Assembly (NCBI GenBank): GCA_951406725.2
Contig: OX597819.1
Span: 17,112,001-17,176,000, forward strand
Reading direction: 5' to 3'
DNA from: Octopus vulgaris
Lineage: Eukaryota
DNA length: 64,000 nucleotides
The notes under the pieces were generated by a model. That model did not search any database. It was not told the DNA's origin and was given only the letters and a program-made list of their open reading frames with translations. Shown here piece after piece: positions 25,310 to 38,541 of this stretch. How positions within the stretch are numbered: position 1 is the first letter of the stretch; the number at the start of each line of letters is the position of its first letter. Both the position numbers and the translations under genes were made by a program.

Positions 25310-26276
25310 GGCGGCGAGCTGGCAGAATCGTTAGCCCGCCGGGCAAAATGCGTAGCCGTATTTCGTCTGCCGTTACGTTCTGAGTTCAAATTCCGCCGAG
25401 GTCGACTTTGCCATTCATCCTTTCGGGGTCGATAAATTAAGTACCAGTTACGCACTGGGGTCGATGTAATCGACTTAATCCGTTTGTCTGTCCTTGTTTG
25501 TCCCCTCTGTGTGTAGCCCCTTGTGGGTAGTAAAGAAATAGGTATTTCGTCTGCCGCTACGTTCTGAGTTCAAATTCCGCCGAGGTCGACTTTGCCTTTC
25601 ATCCTTTCGGGGTCGATAAATTAAGTACCAGTTACGCACTGGGGTCGATGTAATCGACTTAATCCGTTTGTCTGTCCTTGTTTGTCCCCTCTGTGTGTAG
25701 CCCCTTGTGGTAGTAAAGAAATAGGTATTTCGTCTGCCGCTACGTTCTGAGTTCAAATTCCACCGAGGTTGACTTTGCCTTTCATCCTTTCGGGGTCGAT
25801 AAATTAAGTACCAGTTACGCACTGGGGTCGATGTAATCGACTTAATCCGTTTGTCTGTCCTTGTTTGTCCCCTCTGTGTGTAGCCCCTTGTGGGTAGTAA
25901 AGAAATAGGTATTTCGTCTGCCGCTACGTTCTGAGTTCAAATTCCGCTGAGGTCGACTTTGCCTTTCATCCTTTCGGGGGTCGATAAATTAAGTACCAGT
26001 TACGCACTGGGGTCGATGTAATCGACTTAATCTGTTTGTCTGTCCTTGTTTGTCCCCTCTGTGTGTAGCCCCTTGTGGGTAGTAAAGAAATAGGTATTTC
26101 GTCTGCCGCTACGTTCTGAGTTCAAATTCCGCCGAGGTCGACTTTGCCTTTCATCCTTTCGGGGGTCGATAAATTAAGTACCAGTTACGCACTGGGGTCG
26201 ATGCAATCGACTTAATCCGTTTGTCTGTCCTTGTTTGTCCCCTCTGTGTTTAGCCCCTTGTGGGTAGTAGAGATAA
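25310..26276 (+). mobile_element. Five-unit tandem array of SINE family C in one TSD
   Basis: Units restart at 25358, 25542, 25725, 25909 and 26094 (period 183-185 bp). TSD AGGTTGATGTGATAG at 25292-25306 and 26277-26291. Confidence 0.93.
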
Positions 26277-27045
26277 AGGTTGATGTGATAGCATAATCCA
26301 GGAATGTAGGAGACAATGTCAGCACTGGAGTCTATAGAGAAAGCGTTGTTAGAATGGCCTAAGCATTGTTGTACGAAACATGACTGGACTGGAAGGAAGA
26401 AGTAGTATTGTTAGGTTGGAGTGGTGTTTCGGGTATGTTGTAGATGTGTCTAAATATTATTTTTGCGGAGGTGGTGGTGGTGGTGGTGGTGGCGGCGGGG
26501 TGGGGTGGAGAATGAAGGCAGTGTTTCTGCTGTCGATGTTATTCTTCCTGTTCTTGTTCTTGTTCTTGTTTTTTTTTGTTGTTGCTATTATTGTATTTGA
26601 TATTTTTAAAAAAGTTAATCAAATCGCGCTAATTGCTGCTGCTGCTGCGGCTGCTGCTGTTGCTTTGGTTCGATTCCACTGTCCTTATTGCTGTGTTTAT
26701 CATCATCATCATCATCATCATCATCAGCATCACCACTGTCATCACCATCACCGCCGTCGTCGTCATTATCTCATCATCATCATCATCATCATCATCATTG
26801 TCATCATCGTCGGCAAAGACATCGTTGTTGTTGATAGTTTAAAAAAAGTTAATCAAGTTTTTGTAACTCATCAATTATTCTCGGTTGACCTTTGACACTG
26901 ACGAATTTTGTGGAGATTGCTGAAGACGATCTGTTTATGTTACTGTTGTTGTTGTTGTTGTTGTCGTTGTTGTTAATATTCTTCTTGCTTTCGCAGCTCC
27001 TGTTGCTGTTGCTGCTGCTGCTGATGTAGGTGAACTTGGTCCACC

Positions 27046-27076
<31 letters not shown>

Positions 27077-27163
27077 CCCCCGTCACCATAGTCGTGATCG
27101 CCGTTATTACCTTTTTTTGTTTTTCTTGTTATTGTTGTCGCTGTTGTTGTCATTAATATTATT

Positions 27164-27544
<381 letters not shown>

Positions 27545-27920
27545 GAGTGAGAGAGAGCAGTGCATGCCATCAAAGTGACACTGGGTTAAAATATACGAAG
27601 CCCAGTATACCCATCATGACTACCCGTCTGATAAGGGTACACCAGGCACATGCATCACAACCATATGTGCGCGACATGGTGATCTCATATGAAGATAAAC
27701 AGCACATGACCTTGCAGGTGGGGCCCAGTTAGAATTTTGTTCTGGTCGAGTAACCCATCCCGCTCAAAAGGTCCTTGAATAAGGGTTGTTTAAGGATGTT
27801 GAATGAAACAACCTATGTTTCCAGAGGTGAATTATTTAAACCCCAAACAATCCCTCTCAACACATGGCTATGATGCTTCCCCACCTATGATGCTCCCCCA
27901 CTCTATGATGCTCCCCCACT
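27545..27920 (-). mobile_element. 3' UTR piece of the same (AAT)n-associated LINE
   Basis: Homologous to 20699-20960; flanked by (TTA)n. Confidence 0.75.
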
Positions 27921-29355
27921 TATTATTATTATTATTGTTGTTGTTGTTGTTGTTGTTGTTGCAGTAGTCTTATTATTCTTGCATGCTTTTATTACGCAAA
28001 TTGTGTGCAGCTCTATACACTTTAGGTCCTCTGCTGTTTTACATAATATTAAAAGTACTCCACATAAAATGTTGGCAACGCTGAGTATTTTCTTTTACTT
28101 GCTTCTACTTTCATTACACACGACAAGCATTGTTGTCCATCTTGGCTATTTTCTTGCCAGCGTTTTTCGCAGTACAATTTCTAATCCCATTTTCAATTTA
28201 TTTATTTATAATTTTGTTTTGGTCATTACAGATCCTGTTGCTGTTTGTCCATTATCTTCTTTCTGTGTAATACCTCAGCTTTTGTTTAGTATTTGCTTGT
28301 TTAAGCGAAGAAGGCAGTTTTTCTTTTGTTTTTCTTCGTAACTTATACCGATTTGTATTTTTCTATTTATCCTTTTCCAAATATTCTCGCTGTGAAGTTA
28401 GAAGGAAAATAATTGTTGTTTTTGTTATTCTAAACTTCGAGGTTTATTTTGGAATAAACTTCTATTTAACTATTTTCGTTGTAATATGTCATTTTGAAGT
28501 GGAAATGTCGAGTTTGGTCGGTTTATGAAGACATTTTTTTGCCTTCACCTATTAATATATCTTGGTATATTTTATGCTGTCAAAGTGGACAGGGAAGAAA
28601 GCAAATTCGTGTGATTGTATTCGTGAGTTTAAAACGGAACGAGAAGCAGTGGAAAGCGTTTCAACATGAACCAACGCTTCAATAAGCATAGAACTCCACC
28701 TTGGTTCCAAATTGGTTTACAGGAGAGGCAAGAGCGTTGAAGATGAAGAAAGCCGCTGAGGTCTTTCTATAATTGATTATGATCAACTGAAGATCATTAT
28801 TGAAATGGACCCATGTGAAAACAACTCCAGAGGTTACAAAGTATCCAGCATTGACCATTTAATACTTTGATCGGGATTTGTATCACATCAGTGCAAATAA
28901 CGGTCACTGATGAAAAAATAATAAACAAAAAAGCAAAAACAACAAACTCGAGAATGTGAACGAAAAATTAATTGTTTTGCGAAATTTAATCTGCATTTCT
29001 GGGCAACAAAAGCAATTCATTTCTTGATCATGTGACATGTGAAGAAAATAAAATGGGTCATATACGACGACCGACGCCATCCCGCACAACAAATCGACCG
29101 AAGCGAACAAAGTATTTTCCCAAACCGAGGCTGCATAAAAAATGGTTATAGTCATTGTTTGATGGTGAGTGGAATTATCCATGACTAAAATATATTTTTT
29201 ATCTTTACTAAATCGTCACAGAAAATCGATAAAATGCACCAAAGCTTGGCTACATTTACATCCAGTAATTGGTTAATCGGAAAGGACTAATACTCCACCA
29301 TGACGACACCCGACCACGTGACTCACAAATAGTTCTGCTGGGTTTAAACAAACAC

Positions 29356-29820
29356 TATTTCATTATTTACATTATTTACATTTGACGGATATTTATCCTA
29401 ATCTTGTTTGTTGTTAACACAACGTTTCGGCTGATATACTCTCCAGCCTTCATCAGGTGTCTTGGGGGAAATTTCGAACCTGGGTTCTCATTCCTAAGGT
29501 ATTTTCATAAGCCTTAAAATTCACTCCATAACTGCCCACGGGCATATGGCGTAGTGGTTAAGAGCGCAGGCTACTAAACTCACGATTTCGAGTTCGATTC
29601 CAGGCAGTGACCTGAATAATAATAATAAAAATAACATCGAAAAATACCTTATGAATGACGACCCAGATTCGAAATTTCCGCAAGACACTTGATGAAGGCT
29701 GGAGGATATATCAGCCGAAACGTTGTGTTAACAACAAACAAGATGAGGACAAATATCCGTCAAATATAAATAGTGTAAATAATGTACATAATTCCTCATC
29801 TCCTAAATATAGAACTGTAT
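29356..29820 (+). mobile_element. H1 SINE (29540-29820, +) with upstream inverted partial tail (29356-29506, -)
   Basis: A box TGGCGTAGTGG, B box GAGTTCGATTCC, short (AAT)n, hammerhead at 29684-29729 (UUGAUGA variant). The inverted arm carries an intact hammerhead. Confidence 0.9.
29416..29461 (-). ncRNA. Minimal hammerhead ribozyme motif (intact core)
   Basis: GACAC-CUGAUGA-A-GGCUG(gagagUaUaU)CAGCC-GAAAC-GUU-GUGUU. Confidence 0.78.
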
Positions 29821-30227
29821 GAAACAGTATTTCACCCAATTTACTCTCTAGACATCTATCTTCAATTGACTATTATTTTTACAAGTATTTCAATAGCTAT
29901 CCCTAAAAGAAGGTCTTCACCATCTGAGAATTAAACCGAAACATCTTTGAAGAGTTCATGTATTCTTGAACTTGTAAAATCTGTGGGACCCTCGCTAGAG
30001 ATAGTGTCCATTCACATGCTTAGAATTAAATTAATTCTGAAGTGAGTTGAATTGCTTTAAAGTCAATAGTTAACCGCTGCATTCATTTTTGCAGCTAGCT
30101 GTTAGTATTTGGAGGTGAGGCGTAGGATATGTTGTGTAATTTGTTTTATAGTATATCGTGTGTAGTAGAGTTTATAGTATAGTAGGTGTTTAAGCTGTTT
30201 TATAGTAATGTAGGTGTGTAAAATATT

Positions 30228-30658
30228 CTTTTGTATTCTAGGCACAAATCCCGAAATTTTTGGGGAGGGGGACCAGTCAATTAGATCGACCGCAGTAAGC
30301 AACTGGTACATAATTTATCGACCCCGAAAGGGTAAAAGGCAAAGTCGGCCTCGGTGGAATTTGAACTGAGAACGTAAAGACAGACGAAACACCGCTAAGC
30401 ATTTCGCCCAGCATGCTAACATTTCTTATTTCTTTATTGCCCACAAGGGGCTAAGCATAGAGAGGACAAACAAGGACAGACAAAGGGATTAAGTCGATTA
30501 CATCGACCCTAGTGCGTAACTGGTACTTAATTTATCAACCCCGAAAGGATGAAAGGCAAAGTCGACCTCGGAGGAATTTGAACTTTAGAACGTAACAGCA
30601 GTCGAAATACGGTAAGCATTTCGCCCGGCGTGCTAACGTTTCTGCCAGCTCGCCGTCT
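30228..30658 (-). mobile_element. Heterodimer of SINE family C (tail type 1 unit then tail type 2 unit)
   Basis: Junction near 30425. TSD TAGG(T/C)GTGTAAAATATT at 30211-30227 and 30659-30675. Confidence 0.85.
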
Positions 30659-32033
30659 TAGGCGTGTAAAATATTACTCTATAAGTTATGTTTTGTAGAA
30701 TGTATGTTACGTGAGTTATGATACTGAATTAAAATAATCGTATGCGGTTATATGTTTGGTCTGTTTGCACAATTATGTAACATTTAAATCTTCTAAGTTT
30801 TCTTTTATCCAGCCCAGCACAGTAATGACACTCGTTTTGCTGTTAAGCATTTCATGTTACTTATAGCTCCTGCAGCTTTTTGTTTTTTTTGGTAGTTTTT
30901 TTTTAATTTCCTTTCGGGCGATATTTTAGTCGGGTTGGATTTTAATGTTTATCAGTATTCATAGATTTTCGTTTCAATCTTTGGTCATGCTATCTGAGAT
31001 TTCGCTTAAATACTCTTGTCAGTCTCAACAAACAATATGCCAAATTATTCCAGATTGTCATTTTAACTTTGACCATTATTTTTTTGCTATCAATGTGGAA
31101 AGATCTTGCTATTAATTAATTGCTAAACTACCCATTCGCTGATCTCTGAAGGTTCGTATATTCTGCCTTGACAACAAGTAAACAACCAAACTTGATGCTG
31201 TCAATTGTGTCTGTGTTTTCATAGTCTGTGGTTGTTTTTATCCCAGTGTATTTTTTTTTGCAGACAAACATTATTTTTGAGCTGTTTTAGTCAGACCTCT
31301 CTAGACTTTGAGCAATTGTTGGCATACGTATTGGTTCATTTTTTCTCTAATTTCACCTGTAAAGAAACCCAAAACAAATACGAAGAGAAACCATTTTCAT
31401 TTAGTAAACAGAGGTAGACTAGTAGAATTGTTTGTGCGTCGGACAAAATGCCTATCATTTATGTGCTCAAGTTGACTGCAGCCCGGGTCAAGTATGTTTT
31501 TTTGTACGATTAGACAGCTTTATAGTTTATTATATTCCATCATTTCTTGTTTTATTTCCATTCTATTTTCCATTCTTCCCTTTCTCTTTCCTTCTCCCCC
31601 TTTCCGCTTCCTTACACATTCGTTCGCTTTTTCATTCATTCATTCATTCATTCATTCTTTCCTTCTTTTTTACTAACACTACTACTTCCCTTCCACCACC
31701 TTCTCTTGTTGTTGTTGTTGTTGTTGTTGTTGTTCTTGTTGTTCTTGTTCTTCTTGTACTTGTTCTTGTTCTTGTTCTTGTTCTTCTTCTTCTTCTTCTT
31801 CTTCTTCTTCTTCTTCTTCTTTTTCTTCTTCTTCTTCTCCTAGTCACTATCTCATCCTTTCACACATCCTCATTCTCATTCTCTCCTTCGCTGACCCTGT
31901 CTGTGTGTCTGTCCATTCCGTACAGTAATAAAATGAGATCGGTATATCGATGAGATGTAATATTTCTTTGGCTTTAAGACAAACCCAAAAAGATACCATT
32001 TAATATGTTTGGTTATTTTCCAATACATAAAAA

Positions 32034-32086
<53 letters not shown>

Positions 32087-32098
32087 TATATAGACATG

Positions 32099-32149
<51 letters not shown>

Positions 32150-32389
32150 ATATGTGTGTGTGTGTGTAAATACATATATACTTATTTCTACATATGTATA
32201 TACATAAACATAAGTATATATCTATGAATAGATACATATATAATTACGTATGTATCTATATCTATTTCAAACCACCTGTCTGTCCCTATCTATCTATCTA
32301 TCTATCAATCTGTGTGTATATGTGCGTGTATCTACACACATACATATATAATACACACACACACATACACATATAAATACATACATATG

Positions 32390-32434
<45 letters not shown>

Positions 32435-32585
32435 GTACGCATGTATGTATGTATATTGCCCGAGCACCAAACTATTTGCGAAAGTCATGGGGCACTAAAC
32501 CTTCTAGAAATCCAATAAACTAATGTATGTGTTTATGTGTGTGCGTGTTTGTGTAATCACACACACGTATATATACACACACATA

Positions 32586-32656
<71 letters not shown>

Positions 32657-32869
32657 GCACGCCTTTGTAAACACTTATATGAATGTATGCCTATATGTTT
32701 ATGCGTTTTTAGCCGTTCTTCCTCTCATAATACATATATATATACATGCCAACATACATGCACATGCTCACATCCATGCATAGACACACACGCAAACTCG
32801 CAGTAAAACAGCTTATCTATATATCGATTCATTTTGTCACTTCGAAATCTAACAATTTACATTGATTCA

Positions 32870-32969
<100 letters not shown>

Positions 32970-33190
32970 CATACATACACACATATATATATATATATAT
33001 ATACATATATATATGCACATACATACATACATGCATACATACAACCATACTTGATTACTCGTGCGGACACACATACATTTACATATATATGCATATATAT
33101 GTAAATTGTTACTTTTTGAAATACTGGTAGCCTCTCCTCCTCCTCCTCCTCCTCCTCCTATTACTACTATTACTACTGCTGCTGCTGATG

Positions 33191-33272
<82 letters not shown>

Positions 33273-34219
33273 GTTATATTGACTGCAATTAAAGTTATAA
33301 GTAGCAGTAAGTACAAATACGTTATTTACTGAATACTTAGTTTTCTAACTGAACTAGTTTGTAGCCCCACATGTGCCTCCATTTCGGTATCTGCTCCCTA
33401 TCCTGAGTCCAAGTGTCGACGGTGAAGATCACCTTTTACTCCTCCGGAATCGATAAAATGAGTGTCAACCAAGCTCTCGCTTAATTCAAAAAGCTGACAT
33501 TCTTCCGGCAAGTCTCAGTAATTGTGTTCCGAGGTTGAATCATAACAACGCACGTAGTAATGGTCAGAGTTAACGGCCACTTCTTGGAAGTATTGTCTGT
33601 CACGGGATCGATCCATCGTGTATCTTTTCTCTCGTCTCTTCAATATGTGCTGATTGTTGTACCATTGCTGCAGAAGCTACAATTCTTGAAAGTCATTCTG
33701 TTTGAACTGGAATGAAGTTTCGAACAGTGGCCATCCTCACCCAGAAATAGTTTTAGAGGAAGCTATCATGAAAAATCCACTCCAGGAGCTGAATGCCTAC
33801 ATTGCTTACGTCATAATTTTCCACCTGACCATCTTGTCTATAACAGTCCATTTCTGACCAGACCTGATGATTGTGTCTCCTCTTCAGCTTCCTGTGGAAG
33901 GTCGCGTATCATAAGTCGGGTAGTCGAATCTGTTGCTTTCGTCCTCTTGAAGGCTTGCTCACCATACTGTGGTTGCTGATGTTAGACACGTGCTAGGATT
34001 GCCCTAGTTGAAGTCCCGGCATGTGAAATATCGTCAGGTGCTCATCTACTGTCTGGGTGATGCAGTCGGTGGAAGTTCCACTTTTGCAATATATAGAGCC
34101 CTAGTTGTAAGTAAGAGAAGATTGCGTTCTTCGGGAAACTCTGGGTGTCGACAAGACAGGTTTGAACTGGCTGGTCTGTTTCGGGTAAGGAACTATTGGT
34201 TTTCCTGTTCTATGAAAGG

Positions 34220-36891
34220 GCAGCTGCTTAACTTCCCAAGCTAACCAGTCATATCTCTCGACTGTTCTTTCTTCCTTATCACATACCTTGTTGTCAGGTG
34301 GGCATGCTATATCTATGATCCAGCATAGTTTGTTTTCTTTCTCAATTAAGACTATGTCCGCTTTCCTATTCTCAATCTCATGGTCGCACTGAATTATAGA
34401 ATCCCATAAGTTCTTTGATCATTGCATTTCTATTTTCGACGATGCCTTCAGGTTTGTGGTCGTACCAGTTTATTGTTCTGTCAAGTCCATACCTATTGCA
34501 AAGTGTCCAATGGACAAGCCTGGCTATATTGTCGTGGCGTCACTTATATTCCTTCTGGGCTAATGGCGTACATTGGCTGGTAATATGCCTTACGGTTTCA
34601 CCGTTTTGTCCACAGATTCTGCACTTATCACTTTCTACTGTGTTTATTCTATATTTTATTTAGTTTGTTCTTGGGCAACACAGATTAGAGCCTCCGTTTC
34701 CGGTTTTAAATCACTTTTAGTCATCTATAGCCATATTTTTTCTCTGTCTGTCTTATCTTCAACATCCCTATGAAATTGACCATGCATTCTTTTCTTTACC
34801 CACCTATTTTCAGTTTCATTCATATTCAATTTCTTGTATAGTGCTTTATCTTTGCAATATTTCATCCTACACAAGCCTGACCTTCTGACTTCTAATAATA
34901 GCAGTTCTGTGGCATTTTTTACTTACCATGCTATGTTGTTTTCTTCTGCTCTAATGCTCTGTTCGCATCTTGGTACATACAGCCTGTCTGTGTCACTTTT
35001 TGGGTGGAGTGTCTCATATCTAGTTAGCAACTTCCTTGTCTTTCTGTCTACGCTGTTTAGTTCGTCTACTGTCCATGCGATTACCTCTGTTCCATATCTA
35101 AGGAGAGAAACCGCCCAGGTGTTCATAGCTTCGATCTTATTCCGTTCGCTTAATTTCGACTTAAGGATCAGTCTCAGTCTGCGCAAGTACTCCACCTTAA
35201 ACTTTTCTGTCATTTCTTTCTCCATCAATTTATCCGTTTCCAAAATCCCCAAATGCTTATAGCCCGTCTCTTCTATCTGTTTCATAACCTCTCCCGACGG
35301 TATCGTTAGCCCGTCCATACAAATGATTTTGCCTTTTTCGATGTTTTTCAGGCACAGCACTGTCCTACCCAATGTCAACCCCTCTGGCGTTACTTGGTCG
35401 GCATTTAACAAGGTGTTGAGTTGCGCAGCTATTCGTGCATGACATTCACCGAATATTTTGATCCAGTAACCTTGAACTCCATCTGGTTCCAGGGCCTTCC
35501 AGTTGCTCAGTTTTTTTGCTGATTTCCTTCACTTCCCTAACTGAAATGACTAGTTCTGTCTGTTTTGGACAGACTGCTATTTGTTTCGGTTCTTGCAACC
35601 ATTCAGCATTCTTTTTGTGCTGCTTGTCTTTGCTCCAGATGTCACTCCAAAACCTTTGACTTTCAATGTTATCTGGTTTCAACTTTTCGTCTTTACACTC
35701 ACCATTTATTTCTTTATAGAATCTCTTCTGATCTACTCTGAATAATCTATTCTAGTGGAATCCCTCCATTCTTTGGTCGTATCTTACCATCTTTGCTTTC
35801 TTTGCAACGAGGCGCTGTTTCAGTTCCTCCATTACTGCTTTCAGGCCCTTTCGTTCAATATTGTACTTCCTTTTCAGCGCCCTGTATTTTTGTTCGCTTT
35901 TAAGCTCCCCTTTCTCTTTTCGGTCTAACACAGAGATTTCTTTCGAGAGCATCTCTAACCCTGCCTGGATTCTTCTTTTTCACCACGGATAATTTCTTAT
36001 ATCACTCCCATTATGTTTCTTTTTCTTGACATCAACACCCACATTTTCTGCTACAACAATATTTGCTGTCTTGATCAAATTATTTGTTTCTGTGAAGTTG
36101 TTTGTTCTGATGTATTTCATAATTTCATTGACATTTTTCGTTTCTTGGTTCAATTTCTATCGATCAACCTTTTTAAGGTTGCAAATAATGTTGCTATCGT
36201 TCTCCTGTCGTCTTACCTTTATTTTGTCGTAGATTGCCTTTTGTTCATCTGTCATGTCACTCGTAGTTTTGTTGTCTTCTTTTAGATCATCTATATATCT
36301 CTCATCAAGTAAACTACCACTGCTCCTTTCCTGTGCTATGAGATTACTCTTATTAGGAAGAAGTGTATTTTCATTCTTATCTATGCTGCTATTTTCCATG
36401 ACCCGTCTTTTGATAGCTTCGAGCTCTACTTCTGTGAACCAGCATTTTTTTTCTTATTGCTCTAGCTTGATCACATAGTCTCTGTTCCGTGAGTTGAAAC
36501 AATCTCTTTCCTCTCCAATGACCATACATACGTTGTCGGTAACCTCTAACTGGAGCATCATTTTCATCTACCAGGCTGCTCAGGTAGTAACACTCCATGA
36601 CCACAGCATTAATTTGCTTGCTCCATGTACGCTGTGTGTGGTGGTTCTTTTCTGGATATCGACAGTCTGGAGTCGGCCCAGAATCTCTGAGCCTACCGGA
36701 TGTAACACTGTCACCATCATTGGCTTCACTTTCATTACCACCGTTATTCACAATATTTTGTTTTTTCATTGTCACTCATATGAGGTAGCGATTATCAGGT
36801 TGCGCAATTACCAGTGTTTTTATTCTGACACCATCACTAGATGTATCGTTAATTATCCCACGAGGAGGAGGCTCCACCCGTTTCCTTTCAA

Positions 36892-36892
<1 letters not shown>
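34220..36892 (-). mobile_element. R4/Dong-like non-LTR retrotransposon with 5' end, RT core deleted, 3'-truncated
   Basis: N-terminal WSKQINAVVMECYY...GYRQRMY...TEQRLCDQARAI; GYKHLGILE; KIEAMNTWAVSLLRY; HPKSDTDRLYVPR; CRICGQNGETVRHITSQC zinc knuckle; RKADIVLI...IIDIACP endonuclease motifs. 5' end abuts (TAA)n. Confidence 0.9.
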
Positions 36893-36990
<98 letters not shown>

Positions 36991-37012
36991 CATCGTTATT
37001 ATCATCATCATC

Positions 37013-37080
<68 letters not shown>

Positions 37081-37851
37081 CATTATCATCATCATCATCA
37101 TCATTTAAAGGCTATTACATACTTATTTAATTAGCAGGGAAGTTATCTTGAGGTTTGGTGAAAAGTCTCCTCAAATTTCAAGAACCTTTCTTAGGTTTCT
37201 TACAGAATAAAGGATTACACTTTTCTGCTGGTCGACAATGCGTATTTCGAGTCCAATAGCCTTCAACCTCTTAAATAGTAGATGTGGTATTTTGCCAGGG
37301 GCACCAGTTACCACAGGAATAATTGTCAACTTTATCTTCCACAAACACTTCCTCTTTTTTGCCAGTTCTTGATTTTTCTCAAATTTCTCGATTTCTCTGA
37401 TATCCGCTCTATTAACACATGGTATAGCAAAGTCTATGATTTTACAGTTTGATTGTTTTCCTATTTCTACGATAATGTGTAATCTCCTTTCTTCAGTTGA
37501 ATGGCTAGTTTTTATGAGAGATCTCATAAAATCTTGTATCCATCATTCACAGTCACAACCTTTGGCACTTGTTCTTACCACTTTCCTGTAACTACGAATT
37601 CACAAAAACAGCTAACATGTGCCTTCTTTCATCGATACAGTCGTGTCTGCACTTATACCCTTTTTCTGCTACCTTACTGTATTCACTTAGATCAGTGTTT
37701 CTTAACCTTTTCTACCCTTGCGTAACTATTAACGTAAATTACATGTCTCAAGGAACACCTGCACAAAAAAAAAATATATATACCATATCTTTCCCATATT
37801 TATTCATCTTAGATCACGTAGTAAATATCATATATATGTATATATATATAT

Positions 37852-38053
37852 AAAGTTAATCCAAACATGAAAACACCAAGAGAAAACACAACAACGCGAG
37901 GACGTGGAACAAATATAGTATTATTGGACGCTCAGGAAGGAAGGGAAGAAGGAGGGTTTTACGTTTCGAGCGCAGCTCTTCGTCAGAAACATAGGAAAAG
38001 GAAAGATCCAGAGAAGGGAAGACGGAGGAAAAAAATCGCCAACGGTACACACG

Positions 38054-38055
<2 letters not shown>
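37852..38055 (-). mobile_element. Short hammerhead-containing element (family H2) in (TA)n
   Basis: About 200 bp, homologous to 60855-61048 and 60078-60148; no ORF of note. Confidence 0.8.
37956..37990 (-). ncRNA. Minimal hammerhead ribozyme motif
   Basis: GUUU-CUGACGA-A-GAGC(ugc)GCUC-GAAAC-GUA-AAAC. Confidence 0.78.
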
Positions 38056-38095
<40 letters not shown>

Positions 38096-38152
38096 TTGTT
38101 ATATTTTTTTGATAACATAATAGGTTAGATAGGATGATGTCTATATTACAAT

Positions 38153-38541
38153 GGAACGGAAGCACTCCGTCGGTTACGACGATGAGGGTTCCGGTTGATC
38201 CGACCAACGGAACAGCCTGCTCGTGAAATTAACGTGCAAGTGGCTGAGCACTCCACAGACACGTGTACCCTTAACGTAGTTCTCGGGGATATTCAGCGTG
38301 ACACAGAGAGTGACAAGGCCGGCCCATTGAAATACAGGTACAACAGAAACAGGAAGAAAGAGAGAGGGAAAGTTGTGGTGAAAGAGTACAGCAGGGATCA
38401 CCACCATCCCCTGCCGGAGCCTCGTGGAGCTTTTAGGTGTTTTCGCTCAATAAACACTCACAACGCCCGGTCTGGGAATCGAAACCGCGATCCTACGACC
38501 ACGAGTCCGCTGCCCTAACCACTAGGCCATTGCGCCTCCAC
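38153..38541 (-). mobile_element. SINE family B, full length
   Basis: TSD CTATATTACAAT at 38141-38152 and 38542-38553; tRNA-like head; near-identical to 50093-50478. Confidence 0.92.

Larger units (their letters stand above)
28590..30090 (+). mobile_element. Degenerate mariner, interrupted by an H1 element
   Basis: KQIRVI..., SVEDEE, NRKGLILHHDDTRP before the insertion; YETVFHPIYSLD..DYYFYKYF after 29820. Confidence 0.75.

Noticed and set aside
25310-26276. CRISPR-like array
   Set aside because: Whole 184-bp units repeat with no unique spacers; it is a eukaryotic SINE.
29540-29612. Functional tRNA gene
   Set aside because: The acceptor stem pairs poorly, there is no oligo-T terminator, and it is always attached to the SINE body. 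The same applies to the other SINE heads.
36780-36892. HDV-like ribozyme at the LINE 5' end
   Set aside because: Plausible for this clade, but I could not build the nested double pseudoknot by eye.
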